Below, piece by piece: positions 9,579-18,261 of a DNA stretch of 64,000 nt (within the stretch, counting starts at the first letter, position 1; each line of letters starts with the position of its first letter). The notes below the pieces were generated by a model. The model saw only the letters and a list, made by a program, of their open reading frames with translations. It was not told the origin of the DNA and did no database searches. Position numbers and translations under genes: made by a program. This stretch comes from Ornithinimicrobium sp. (GTDB lineage Bacteria > Actinomycetota > Actinomycetes > Actinomycetales > Dermatophilaceae): the NCBI GenBank assembly GCA_049649785.1, contig JBARZG010000103.1, positions 2,243 through 66,242 on the forward strand, read 5' to 3'.

Positions 9579-10454
9579 CTAGGTCGAGATCATCAGTCCG
9601 CCGGAGAGCAGCAAAGCGTAGGCCAGTTGCGCTAAGCCGGTGCTGCCGAGCACAGGGACCAAGTCGCTGCCGGTGGCGCCACTGCGCACGGTACGCACTG
9701 GTGGCCATGCGAGCGGCAGAGCGGCCAGAGCGATCAGGGCCCACGGCCCGGATGCCGCCGCCAACGGCACCATCAGGAACGCAACAGCGAACAGCGCCAG
9801 GTAGAGCTTGCGGGTGCGAGCATCCCCCCATTTGACGGCTAGCGTCTGCTTGCCGACCTGCTCATCGCCGGGAATGTCACGCAGATTGTTGGCGACCAGG
9901 ATGGCGCAGGCCAATGAGCCCACGCCAACGGCACCGGCTACCCCGGCCACGCTGAGCGATCCGGATTGCGTCCACTGGGTGCCGAGGACGGCGACCAGTC
10001 CGAAAAAGACAAAGACGGCGACTTCGCCCAAGCCCCGGTATCCGTACGGATTCCCACCGCCGGTGTAGCGCCAGGCCGCCACGATCGCGATCCCGCCCAC
10101 GATCAGCCAGAACCACGCATTAGCCAGCGCGACCAGCGCCAAGCCGGTCACGGCTGCAATGCCGAAGAACAGAAATGCCGCGGCCTTCACGGTGCTCGGA
10201 TCGGCCAGCCCCTGACCGACCAGTCGCACTGGCCCGACGCGGGTCGCGTCGGTGCCCCGGACACCGTCGGAGTAGTCGTTGGCGTAGTTCACGCCCACCT
10301 GAAGGGCGACCGCAACGATCAGCGCAAGCAGCCCCATACCGAAGTTTGCCGAACCTTGGGCGTAGGCCGCGGCTGTGCCGACGGCAACCGGGGCCAGCGC
10401 AGCCGGGAGTGTCCGCGGTCGCGCACCGGCGAACCACTGGGCTGCCTCGGCCAT
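9579..10454 (-). CDS. menA: 1,4-dihydroxy-2-naphthoate polyprenyltransferase
   Basis: Start at ATG 10454 (MAEAAQWFAGARPRTLP...). UbiA-family motifs (NYANDYSDGVRGTD). The upstream part of ORF 9579..10655 is non-protein-like. Confidence 0.9.
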   Translation of the reverse strand: MAEAAQWFAGARPRTLPAALAPVAVGTAAAYAQGSANFGMGLLALIVAVALQVGVNYANDYSDGVRGTDATRVGPVRLVGQGLADPSTVKAAAFLFFGIAAVTGLALVALANAWFWLIVGGIAIVAAWRYTGGGNPYGYRGLGEVAVFVFFGLVAVLGTQWTQSGSLSVAGVAGAVGVGSLACAILVANNLRDIPGDEQVGKQTLAVKWGDARTRKLYLALFAVAFLMVPLAAASGPWALIALAALPLAWPPVRTVRSGATGSDLVPVLGSTGLAQLAYALLLSGGLMIST

Positions 10455-10458
10455 CGGG

Positions 10459-10716
10459 CTAGATGCCGCGCAAGAAGTCGGGGTCGTCATCCGGCCCCTT
10501 CGGTCCGCGAGGACCGCCACCACCGAGTTCGCGCATCCCCTTGGGACGCCCCGCCAGCAACCACGCAATCCCGCCGACGGGGGTAAACACCAACGCCAGC
10601 ACGACCCACGCCAGTTTGGGCAGATTACGCACCTTGTCCCCGTCGGTACGCACAACGTCGATGACGCAGTACACGGTGAATGCCAAGAGCGCTATGGCTG
10701 CCAGGATTCTTAGCAA
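10459..10716 (-). CDS. PLD nuclease N-terminal (PLDc_N) domain small membrane protein
   Basis: TTG at 10716 gives an 85-aa protein (LRILAAIALLAFTVYCVIDVV...RNLPKLAWVVLALVFTPVGGIAWLLAGRP). The start codon is uncertain. Confidence 0.55.
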   Translation of the reverse strand: MLRILAAIALLAFTVYCVIDVVRTDGDKVRNLPKLAWVVLALVFTPVGGIAWLLAGRPKGMRELGGGGPRGPKGPDDDPDFLRGI

Positions 10717-10750
10717 CGGGGGTCCTTCGCGAAAGGGAAAACAGTACGTC

Positions 10751-11923
10751 TCATATTCTGCCACCTTCCTGAAGGAACGCTGTTTTGACCCCCCGGTAAT
10801 CGATCTTGCCCCCCGGCAGTCGCGGAAGGTGGTCGCTGACCCTGACCTGCCACGGGATCGCATGGCGGGGCAGATGCCCGCGCAGCTCGGCTCGAACCCA
10901 GCGGCGCGGATCCGAGTGCAGTGGCGCGCTCGCAGACTCCGACGAAGGCACGATCAGCGCCGCCACTGCCTGACCCCACTGTAAGTCCGGGATGCCGACC
11001 ACGGCAGCCTCGGCAATGCCGGGCAGGTTGCCTAAGGCGTCCTGCACTGCCGTGGGTGCCACCTTGTGGCCGCCGGTGATGATCACATCATCGACTCGGC
11101 CGACGATGACCCAGCGACCGTGCGCGGCGTCGAGGCGTCCTACATCGCTGGTGGCGAACCAGCGTTCACCGCCGTGGCGCCGGAAGGCCAGCGCGTCGAG
11201 GTCAGGGCGGTCCAGGTAGCCATCGGCCAACATCGGGCCGGCCAGCAACAGCCTGCCAACGCCGCCGCGAGTCTGGGTCTGGGTCTCGGTCTCGGTCTTG
11301 CGATCATCCAGTCGAACCTGGACATCTCGCAGTGCGATGCCGTCGTGCAGGCACCCGCCGCTGGTCTCGCTCATCCCGTACGTATGTGTCCACCCGACGC
11401 TGGCCTGGGTCAGCGCGGCGGCGAGCGTCGGGGGGAGATGGTCGCCTCCGATCAAGACCCGATCGAAGCTGCGTAAGGCCTCCAAACCCTCAGGCTGAGC
11501 CACGAGCCTGCTCACCTGAGTAGGCACCAGCGAAACGTAGCGGGGCAGATCAGTTCGCATACCCGCCGCCGCTTCGGCGAACGCTTGCCACCTGAACGGA
11601 CCCTCCGGCAGGACCACCGGGGTGGTTCCTGCCAGCACCGACCGAACGTAGACACCCAGGCCGCCGATGTATGAGGGTGACAGCGCCACCAGCCAATGCC
11701 CGTGGCCCCCGAGCCGGTCTGCGACCGCTCTCGCCGAAAACCGCAACGCCTCCGCCGAAAGGACCACCGATTTAGGCGATCCCGTCGAACCCGAAGTAGG
11801 CACGACAAACGGTTCGCCAGCAGCGAGCGTCTTACTAACCCAGGACAGCAACTGAGCCGAACTCAGTTGGTTACGGTCGATGGTGGTCTGGCCGGGCTCA
11901 GGGCTCTGCGGTGGCTGCAGCAC
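10751..11923 (-). CDS. menE: o-succinylbenzoate--CoA ligase (AMP-binding enzyme)
   Basis: 390 aa. AMP-binding motif PTSGSTGSPKSVV. Sits between menA and menB. Confidence 0.8.
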   Translation of the reverse strand: MLQPPQSPEPGQTTIDRNQLSSAQLLSWVSKTLAAGEPFVVPTSGSTGSPKSVVLSAEALRFSARAVADRLGGHGHWLVALSPSYIGGLGVYVRSVLAGTTPVVLPEGPFRWQAFAEAAAGMRTDLPRYVSLVPTQVSRLVAQPEGLEALRSFDRVLIGGDHLPPTLAAALTQASVGWTHTYGMSETSGGCLHDGIALRDVQVRLDDRKTETETQTQTRGGVGRLLLAGPMLADGYLDRPDLDALAFRRHGGERWFATSDVGRLDAAHGRWVIVGRVDDVIITGGHKVAPTAVQDALGNLPGIAEAAVVGIPDLQWGQAVAALIVPSSESASAPLHSDPRRWVRAELRGHLPRHAIPWQVRVSDHLPRLPGGKIDYRGVKTAFLQEGGRI

Positions 11924-12518
11924 CCTGGAAGCTGTTCTCCAGGTCGACGTACCACTCGCCGTCCACCTTCTTCAGCTGGATGGCCTCGTCGCCGAAGCCC
12001 TGAGCGAACAGTTCGGAGAAGTTGTCCTTGTCCACCGTGGCGGTGTCCCCTTGGACATCGGCACCCATGACCTCGATCAACTCGATGATCTGGGCCTGCT
12101 CCTCGGTGATCACACCGTCGAGGCTTGCTGGAATCACCTGCTCGCACAACTGCATGCTCTCCTGCGAGGCCGTCATCGGCTGGGTGCTGCCGTTAAACGC
12201 ATCCAGCATCACGTCGCAAATCCTGGGGTCGGCGTTGGCCAACGCGACCATGAACTGTTCGGTCACCGCCGCAACCTCGGCGCCTTCCTCGCCGCCCTCG
12301 GCCTCACCAGAACCCCCCTGCGTGGGCTCCTCCGTCTCCTCAACCGTGTCTTCGGTCGGCTCTTCAGTCTCTTCGGTCGTTTCTTCAGTGGGCTCTTCGG
12401 TGGCCTCTTCGCTCGTTTCCTCGGCGCTGGCCTCCTCGACGGCTGGATCATCGTCGGAGCCGCAGGCCGAGAGGAACAGCACCGGTGCTGCCAGTGCCGC
12501 TATCAGTGAGCGTCGCAT
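11898..12518 (-). CDS. lipoprotein with an acidic Glu/Thr-rich low-complexity linker
   Basis: Signal peptide plus lipobox (LFLSAC), a long EETSEEATEEPTEETTEETEEPTEDT run, then a globular C-terminal domain. No family recognised. Confidence 0.6.
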   Translation of the reverse strand: MRRSLIAALAAPVLFLSACGSDDDPAVEEASAEETSEEATEEPTEETTEETEEPTEDTVEETEEPTQGGSGEAEGGEEGAEVAAVTEQFMVALANADPRICDVMLDAFNGSTQPMTASQESMQLCEQVIPASLDGVITEEQAQIIELIEVMGADVQGDTATVDKDNFSELFAQGFGDEAIQLKKVDGEWYVDLENSFQGAAATAEP

Positions 12519-12549
12519 GTGTGGGGACCTTCCAAGTGGCGGTGGATGT

Positions 12550-12579
12550 GCTGCGCGCCCAGATTACAGGGCGCGCAGC
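12550..12579 (-). terminator. perfect 11-bp stem / 8-nt loop hairpin downstream of menB
   Basis: gctgcgcgccc-agattaca-gggcgcgcagc, between the menB stop (12637) and the lipoprotein gene start (12518). Confidence 0.5.
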
Positions 12580-12636
12580 TGGTGAGACGAGGCCAAGACC
12601 GCAACGGTTCCCTGGGAGTCGGGTCGGAACTGCCGC

Positions 12637-13635
12637 TCAGAAATACCAGGGGTAGGGCGACCAGTCCGCCGGACGCTTGTCCAAGAAGGAGTCTCGTCCC
12701 TCCACGGCCTCATCGGTCATGTAGGCCAAGCGGGTACTCTCGCCGGCGAATACCTGCTGACCCACCAAGCCGTCGTCGACGAGGTTGAACGCGAATTTGA
12801 GCATTCTTTGCGCGGTCGGTGACTTGCCGAGGACCTGGGCCGCCATCTCGAGCGCATCGATCTCCAGCCGATTGTGAGGGCTGACAGTATTGACCGCGCC
12901 CATCGCCTGCATCTCCTCGGCCGTATAGATCCGACCCAGGAAAAAGATTTCGCGAGCAAATTTTTGGCCCACTATCCGGGCCAGGTATGCCGAGCCGTAC
13001 CCGCCGTCGAAGCTGCCGACATCGGCGTCTGTCTGCTTGAACCGGGCGTGCTCCGCCGAAGCGATGGTCAGGTCGCAAATAACATGGAGGGAATGGCCTC
13101 CGCCAGCGGCCCAACCGTTGACCACGGCGATGACGATCTTGGGCATCGTGCGGATCAGTCGCTGCACCTCCAAAATATGCAGTCGGCCACCGGCCGCCTT
13201 GACCCGGGCAGCGTCGACGGTGTCGGCCTCCTCGCCGCCGGCGTATTGATACCCCGAGCGCCCCCGGATCCGTTGGTCGCCGCCGGAGCAGAAGGCGCGG
13301 CCACCGTCCTTGTCGCTGGGACCGTTTCCGGTCAGCAACACGGCCCCTACATCTGGGGTCATCCGGGCGTGGTCGAGGGCGCGGTACAACTCATCGACAG
13401 TGTGCGGCCGGAAGGCGTTGCGCACATGCGGGCGGTCAAAGGCGATCCGGACGCATCCGAGCCTTTTCGCGCGGTGATAGGTGACGTCGGTGAAGTCGAA
13501 ACCCTCGACTACATCCCAGCTCTGTGGGTCGAAGGTCTCCGACACGGCGCGACCGTCCTGCTCGGTGTCGACGCCGTCATGGTGCGGGCCGCCGTTGTTA
13601 CCGCTGTTGAGGTTACTGCTCACGGGAGACGACAC
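12637..13635 (-). CDS. menB: 1,4-dihydroxy-2-naphthoyl-CoA synthase
   Basis: Crotonase-fold MenB sequence (FCSGGDQRIRGRSGYQY...). The start is uncertain: GTG at 13635 or 13623. The listed ORF runs to 13782 but would then overlap divergent menC. Confidence 0.9.
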   Translation of the reverse strand: MSSPVSSNLNSGNNGGPHHDGVDTEQDGRAVSETFDPQSWDVVEGFDFTDVTYHRAKRLGCVRIAFDRPHVRNAFRPHTVDELYRALDHARMTPDVGAVLLTGNGPSDKDGGRAFCSGGDQRIRGRSGYQYAGGEEADTVDAARVKAAGGRLHILEVQRLIRTMPKIVIAVVNGWAAGGGHSLHVICDLTIASAEHARFKQTDADVGSFDGGYGSAYLARIVGQKFAREIFFLGRIYTAEEMQAMGAVNTVSPHNRLEIDALEMAAQVLGKSPTAQRMLKFAFNLVDDGLVGQQVFAGESTRLAYMTDEAVEGRDSFLDKRPADWSPYPWYF

Positions 13636-13680
13636 TATGCCTATGACTTCGTCTCGGCACGCGTGCACCGATGACGGCCC

Positions 13681-14691
13681 GTGCCCGTGAGTGCAGCAGC
13701 CTGGCCCGATATCGGGGAGATTCTTGAGGTCACGAAGGTGGTGCGGCTGCCACTGCGGGTGAGGTTCCGGGGCCTCGATCATCGTGAAGCGGTGCTGATG
13801 CGGGGCCCGCAGGGGTGGTCAGAGTTCGCGCCCTTCGTGGAGTACGACGACCGCGAAGCGGCTTGGTGGCTGGCGGCAGGCTTGGAGGCCGGGTGGGGGA
13901 GCGTGCCGCCGCCGGTGCGCGACTGGGTGTCGGTCAACGCCACGGTTCCCGCGGTGAGCGCCAAGCAGGTGGCGCCGATCCTGGCGCGGTTTGCCGGATG
14001 CCAGACCGCCAAAGTTAAGGTGGCGCAGGCCGGTCAGCGGTTAAGCGATGACATCGCGCGGGTCAGCGCTGTTCGCGACGTTCTCGGGCCTGAGGCCGCC
14101 ATCCGCGTCGATGCCAACGCAGCCTGGGATCTGGACCAGGCCACCGATGCCATCACCCGCCTGTCGGCATACGACCTTGAGTATGCCGAGCAGCCCGTCG
14201 CGGAGGTTGATGACCTTGCCCGGTTGCGGGTGCGGCTGGCTGCAGTAGGTATCTCGGTGCCGATCGCTGCCGATGAGTCGATTCGTCGCGCCGCGGATCC
14301 CATGGAGGTCGCTCGCAAGGAGGCGGCGGATGTGATCGTGGTCAAAGTGGCTCCATTGGGCGGCGTGGCGCGGGTACTCGAGGTCGTCGACGATTGTGGG
14401 CTCCCTGCAGTGGTCTCCTCCGCGTTGGACACCTCCGTAGGGATCTCGGCGGGGCTTGCTCTGGCGTGTGCGCTGCCCGACCTCTCGCATGCCTGCGGCC
14501 TGGGCACCGTGACGTTGCTGGCCCGCGACGTGGCGCCGGAACCTTTGCTGCCGGTGGACGGGGCGCTGACCAGGGCGCAGGCTCGGTCGAGCTTGGCCTC
14601 GATAGGGGTCCTGGGCTCGAACGTCCTGGCTGACGCCGAACGCACCCGCTGGTGGCGAGATCGGCTCTCGCGCTGCTGGTCGCTGCTCTAA
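13681..14691 (+). CDS. menC: o-succinylbenzoate synthase (enolase superfamily)
   Basis: 336 aa. VVRLPLRVRFRGLDHREAVLMRGPQGWSEFAPF is typical of actinobacterial MenC. Divergent from menB. Confidence 0.85.
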   Translation: MPVSAAAWPDIGEILEVTKVVRLPLRVRFRGLDHREAVLMRGPQGWSEFAPFVEYDDREAAWWLAAGLEAGWGSVPPPVRDWVSVNATVPAVSAKQVAPILARFAGCQTAKVKVAQAGQRLSDDIARVSAVRDVLGPEAAIRVDANAAWDLDQATDAITRLSAYDLEYAEQPVAEVDDLARLRVRLAAVGISVPIAADESIRRAADPMEVARKEAADVIVVKVAPLGGVARVLEVVDDCGLPAVVSSALDTSVGISAGLALACALPDLSHACGLGTVTLLARDVAPEPLLPVDGALTRAQARSSLASIGVLGSNVLADAERTRWWRDRLSRCWSLL

Positions 14692-14769
14692 CCACCTGGG
14701 CACGGTTACGCATCGCCCAGGGCTGCGCCTTCTGCTGATGTGGGTGCACAACCCCGCGCAGGCGGGGAA

Positions 14770-14805
14770 TTAACCCGGCGGAAACGTCCGGAACACGGCC
14801 GAAAC
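14770..14805 (+). promoter_or_regulatory. candidate GlnR-type operator upstream of amt
   Basis: TTAAC-n6-GAAAC-n4-GGAAC-n6-GAAAC resembles the actinobacterial GlnR box (gTnAc-n6-GaAAc repeated). About 80-110 bp upstream of the amt start. Confidence 0.35.
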
Positions 14806-14881
14806 ATGACAGGCCCACATCGGAAACACAGCCCGCGCATTCTCCTCATATCGGTATGCCACCTGGGGCATACCTCCAATC

Positions 14882-16162
14882 GTGATGGAGACATCGATGG
14901 AACTGACCTCGAGCGATGTATGGGTGATGGTTTCAGCCGCCCTGGTGTTGCTGATGACCCCCGGCTTGGCCTTCTTCTACGGCGGGCTGACCCGCGCCAA
15001 AGCATCCGTGAACATGCTGATGATGAGCTTCGTGTCCATCGGGATCACAGGTGTGATCTGGGTGCTGTGGGGCTACTCGATGAGCGGAGGTGATTCAGTC
15101 CTCGGCGGCCTCTTCGGTGACCCGACCGCCTCCTTCGGCCTGTCGAACCTCGTAGGCACCTCCGATCTCATTGGCGCGGGCTTCGGAGCGACCTTCGCGA
15201 TCATTACGGTGGCGCTGATCAGCGGCGCCGTCGCTGACCGCACCAAGTTCAGCGCATGGACCGTGTTCGTTCCGATCTGGGTCACCCTCGTGTACTGCCC
15301 GCTGGCCTTCATGGTCTGGGGCGGCGGGTTGCTCAGCGACTCTGGATGGATCGGTGAGACCTTCGGCGTGGCCATCGACTTTGCCGGTGGCACCGTGGTG
15401 CACATCAACGCCGGGCTGGCTGCCCTGGTGCTGGTGTACATCATCGGCCAGCGGGCTGGCTTCGGGAAGATGGGCTTTCACAAGCCGCACAACGTGCCGC
15501 TGGTCATGCTGGGCGCAGCGCTGCTGTGGTTTGGCTGGTTCGGCTTCAATGGCGGCGCTGCAGGGACTAGCGAAGAGGCCGGCCTGATCTGGGTGAACAC
15601 GATGGTTGCCCCGGCCGCCGCGATGCTCGGCTGGTTACTGGTCGAGCGCATCCGCGACGGACGCCCCACTGCGGTCGGTGCCGCCTCAGGCGTGGTCGCC
15701 GGGCTCGTCGCGATCACCCCGGCCTGCGCCAACCTGAGCCCGGTCGGCTCGATCGGTCTCGGCATCGTGGCCGGTGCTGCGTCTGCCCTCGCGATCGGTC
15801 TGAAGTACAAGTTCGGGTATGACGACGCGCTCGACGTGGTGGGCGTGCACTTGGTCGCCGGTTTGATCGGCACCGTCGCCATTGGCTTCCTGATGCTGCC
15901 GATCGATGGCGAAGGTGGCGGACTGTTCTATGGCGGAGGCTTCGACCAGTTGGTCGCTCAGGTCGTTGCAGCCGGCTTCACGATGGTCTTTACCGGGGTG
16001 CTGACCCTGCTCATCGGCTTGGCCATCGCCAAGACGATCGGCTTCCGCATCTCGCTGGAAGACGAACATCGGGGAGTTGACCTCTCCGCTCACGGCGAGA
16101 GCGCATACGAGTTTGACTCGGACGCGGTCGTGGATGAGTCGAAGGATCCAGTCTCGGTCTGA
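14882..16162 (+). CDS. amt: ammonium transporter
   Basis: 426 aa. Amt signature (LLMTPGLAFFYGGLTRAK; DFAGGTVVHINAG). Confidence 0.95.
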   Translation: MMETSMELTSSDVWVMVSAALVLLMTPGLAFFYGGLTRAKASVNMLMMSFVSIGITGVIWVLWGYSMSGGDSVLGGLFGDPTASFGLSNLVGTSDLIGAGFGATFAIITVALISGAVADRTKFSAWTVFVPIWVTLVYCPLAFMVWGGGLLSDSGWIGETFGVAIDFAGGTVVHINAGLAALVLVYIIGQRAGFGKMGFHKPHNVPLVMLGAALLWFGWFGFNGGAAGTSEEAGLIWVNTMVAPAAAMLGWLLVERIRDGRPTAVGAASGVVAGLVAITPACANLSPVGSIGLGIVAGAASALAIGLKYKFGYDDALDVVGVHLVAGLIGTVAIGFLMLPIDGEGGGLFYGGGFDQLVAQVVAAGFTMVFTGVLTLLIGLAIAKTIGFRISLEDEHRGVDLSAHGESAYEFDSDAVVDESKDPVSV

Positions 16163-16212
16163 CCGGGTTGGTCGCAGTGCCGGCCAAACCCCCAGCGCAA
16201 GAGATGAGTGAA

Positions 16213-16261
16213 CCGAATGCCCGCGACGTTGGCCTCTATGGCTCGACTCGCGGGCATTCGG
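16213..16261 (+). terminator. 14-bp perfect-stem hairpin after amt
   Basis: ccgaatgcccgcga (16213-16226) pairs with tcgcgggcattcgg (16248-16261). Confidence 0.55.
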
Positions 16262-16443
16262 CAACCTCTATGGGTGGCAGGCACCGGGTCGGCATGGCGG
16301 AAGGGACCGCAGCGTAGCGGTGTGCGGGGGTGAGCGCAGCGGCTATCCTTGAGGTGTTCAGCCGCAGACCGTGACAGGTTGCACCACCGCGCGGCGCGCA
16401 CCACGCGCACGAACACCCCACTCGATGCACAAGAGGTGTCAAA

Positions 16444-16845
16444 GTGCCCACGGGCAAGGTTAGGTTCTTCAACGAGGACAAGGGTTTCGGCTTCCTCGCC
16501 AGCGACGAGGGCAAGGACGTCTACGTCCACGCCAGCGCACTCCCGGCTGGCGTCGATGCCCTACAACGGGGCGCCCGCGTCGAATTCGACGTTGCGGCGG
16601 GTCGTCGCGGTGACCAAGCGCTCAGCGTCCGTCTCCTGGAGCCGGCGCCGTCGGTCGCCAAGAGCATGGCCATTCGCGATCGAAAGCCGGCCGATGAGAT
16701 GGCTGTCGTGGTCGAAGACGTGATCACCGTGCTCGATCGCGCTGGTAGTTCGCTGCGTCGGGGGCACTACCCGGACCCCAAAGTGTCCGAGGCGCTCGCG
16801 AAGACCTTGCGCGCGGTCGCCGATCAGTTTGAGGCGGGAAACTGA
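16444..16845 (+). CDS. cold-shock domain protein with a C-terminal extension
   Basis: GKVRFFNEDKGFGFLASDEGKDVYVHASAL carries RNP1/RNP2-like motifs. 133 aa, so longer than a minimal Csp. Confidence 0.9.
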   Translation: MPTGKVRFFNEDKGFGFLASDEGKDVYVHASALPAGVDALQRGARVEFDVAAGRRGDQALSVRLLEPAPSVAKSMAIRDRKPADEMAVVVEDVITVLDRAGSSLRRGHYPDPKVSEALAKTLRAVADQFEAGN

Positions 16846-16848
16846 CCG

Positions 16849-17592
16849 ATGCCCTCGCTGAAGCCCGATGCCACCCTGCTGGCGGCCCGGGAGCTCGCCC
16901 TCGCGGCTGCTGTTGAGGTAGCTGCACCCGAAAGTGTCGGGCAGCACGTGGGGGTGGAGATGGATGCCGAACGGTTGGCAACCCACTTCTTCGAGTGCCT
17001 CACCCCGGGCTATCCCGGTTGGCGTTGGGCGGTGTCGGTAGCACGGCCACCGCGCGGGCGACGCCCCACCATCTGCGAGACCCATCTCGTCCCGGGACCC
17101 GAGGCGCTAATTTCTCCGGATTGGCTTCCGTATGTCGAACGATTGGCACCGGGCGACATCGGGGTGAACGATCGCACGCCATACCTGGATGAAGATCCTC
17201 TGCTGGTGCCCGGTTTCGAAGCGACTGGTAGCGAAGATGTCGACGCCGTGGGATTCTTCGAATTGGGCCTTGGGCGTGCCCGCGTGCTCTCCGGTGAGGG
17301 ACGCGAGCGCGCCGCCCAACGGTGGTATGACGGTGCGCACGGGCCAGGCGCGGACGTGGCACAAGGTGCGCCGGCAAGTTGTTCATCGTGCGGATTCTTC
17401 GTGCCCCTGTCCGGTGGCTGGCGTTCGCTGTTCGGGGTATGCGCCAACGAATGGTCGCCCAGCGATGGCACCGTGGTCTCGCTGGATCACGGGTGTGGAG
17501 CCCACAGCGAGATCGATGTGGAGACCCGGGCCACAGCCGACGTGCCTGATCACGTTCTGGATGACCAGGCCCTGGACCTCGTCGAGCATTAA
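16849..17592 (+). CDS. DUF3027 domain protein
   Basis: 247 aa. Cys-rich C-terminal part (CSSCGFFVPL...FGVCANEWSPSDGTVVSLDHGCGAHSE). Usual partner downstream of this csp type in actinobacteria. Confidence 0.75.
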   Translation: MPSLKPDATLLAARELALAAAVEVAAPESVGQHVGVEMDAERLATHFFECLTPGYPGWRWAVSVARPPRGRRPTICETHLVPGPEALISPDWLPYVERLAPGDIGVNDRTPYLDEDPLLVPGFEATGSEDVDAVGFFELGLGRARVLSGEGRERAAQRWYDGAHGPGADVAQGAPASCSSCGFFVPLSGGWRSLFGVCANEWSPSDGTVVSLDHGCGAHSEIDVETRATADVPDHVLDDQALDLVEH

Positions 17593-17599
17593 CATCACG

Positions 17600-17847
17600 T
17601 TGAGCATGATGTTGTGCCATCCCGGCCGCACTTGAGCATGATGTTGCGGTCCGTGCGCCGCGGTTGAGCGCGATCTTGCGCCCTGTCTCGGGCTTGAACG
17701 GCCACAACTTCATGCTCAGTGCCGCATCCGAGGCCGCAACATCGTGCGCAACGCCCTGTGTGAGGCAGCAACATCGCGCTCAACGAGCCGTGTGAGGCAA
17801 CAAGATCACGCTCAACGTGCGATATGAGGCGACAATGTCGCGCTCAA
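17600..17847. repeat. 32-bp-periodic repeat array with inverted arms (15-bp core TTGAGCRYGATNTTG)
   Basis: Forward cores at 17600, 17632 and 17664. Reverse-complement cores at 17705, 17737, 17769, 17801 and 17833. Spacing is exactly 32 bp within each arm, with a symmetry centre near 17691/17692. Confidence 0.85.
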
Positions 17848-17854
17848 CCGGGGG

Positions 17855-18169
17855 CTAGGCCTCTGCGGCGTTTCCTCGGCCGCGGAGCACGTAGGTGTGG
17901 CCAAGGAGCCCAATCACTAATGCCGCGACGGGTACCCACCGCCACCAATCGCGATCTCCCGCGCTGAGGGCCGGAATAGTCCATACCGCTACTAGCGCGA
18001 TCACCCACAGCCCCAGCCCGATGCGCACAATTAGCAAGGACCGGATCGGCAGGGTGATCGGCACGATCTCATGCTCGGGGGCAGGCTCACCCGGCGTCGC
18101 CTTACCCGGCATGGGCTCACCCGGTGTCGGCTTACCCGGCATCGGCTTACCCGGCGTCGGCTCACTCAC
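17855..18169 (-). CDS. small two-TM membrane protein (DUF2530-like) with an N-terminal PGK/PGE pentapeptide repeat
   Basis: 104 aa. Pentapeptide repeats followed by two TM helices and a DRDWWRW motif. Confidence 0.6.
   Translation of the reverse strand: MSEPTPGKPMPGKPTPGEPMPGKATPGEPAPEHEIVPITLPIRSLLIVRIGLGLWVIALVAVWTIPALSAGDRDWWRWVPVAALVIGLLGHTYVLRGRGNAAEA
18086..18160 (-). repeat. 15-bp x 5 in-frame tandem repeat
   Basis: ctcacccggcgtcgc / cttacccggcatggg / ctcacccggtgtcgg / cttacccggcatcgg / cttacccggcgtcgg. Encodes P(T/M)PG(K/E) units on the minus strand. Confidence 0.85.
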
Positions 18170-18261
18170 CCAGCCACTGTAGACACTCCAGGCGCGAGAG
18201 CAGAGTGCCTGGTGCCCACCAACGGGGAATAGTTAGCCAAAGTAACGAGTTGCCTCTCGGG

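Noticed and set aside
8878-9831. 317-aa ORF as a single large gene
   Set aside because: Only the C-terminal ~112 codons are MazF-like. The upstream part is R/A/P-rich, overlaps the antitoxin gene and the 3' end of menA, and has no protein-like character.
17600-17847. Could the 32-bp periodic array be a CRISPR array?
   Set aside because: The conserved core is only about 15-25 bp, with 7-17 bp of variable sequence between cores. The two halves are in opposite orientation. There are no cas genes in the window and no leader-like AT-rich flank. I report it as an unexplained repeat array instead.
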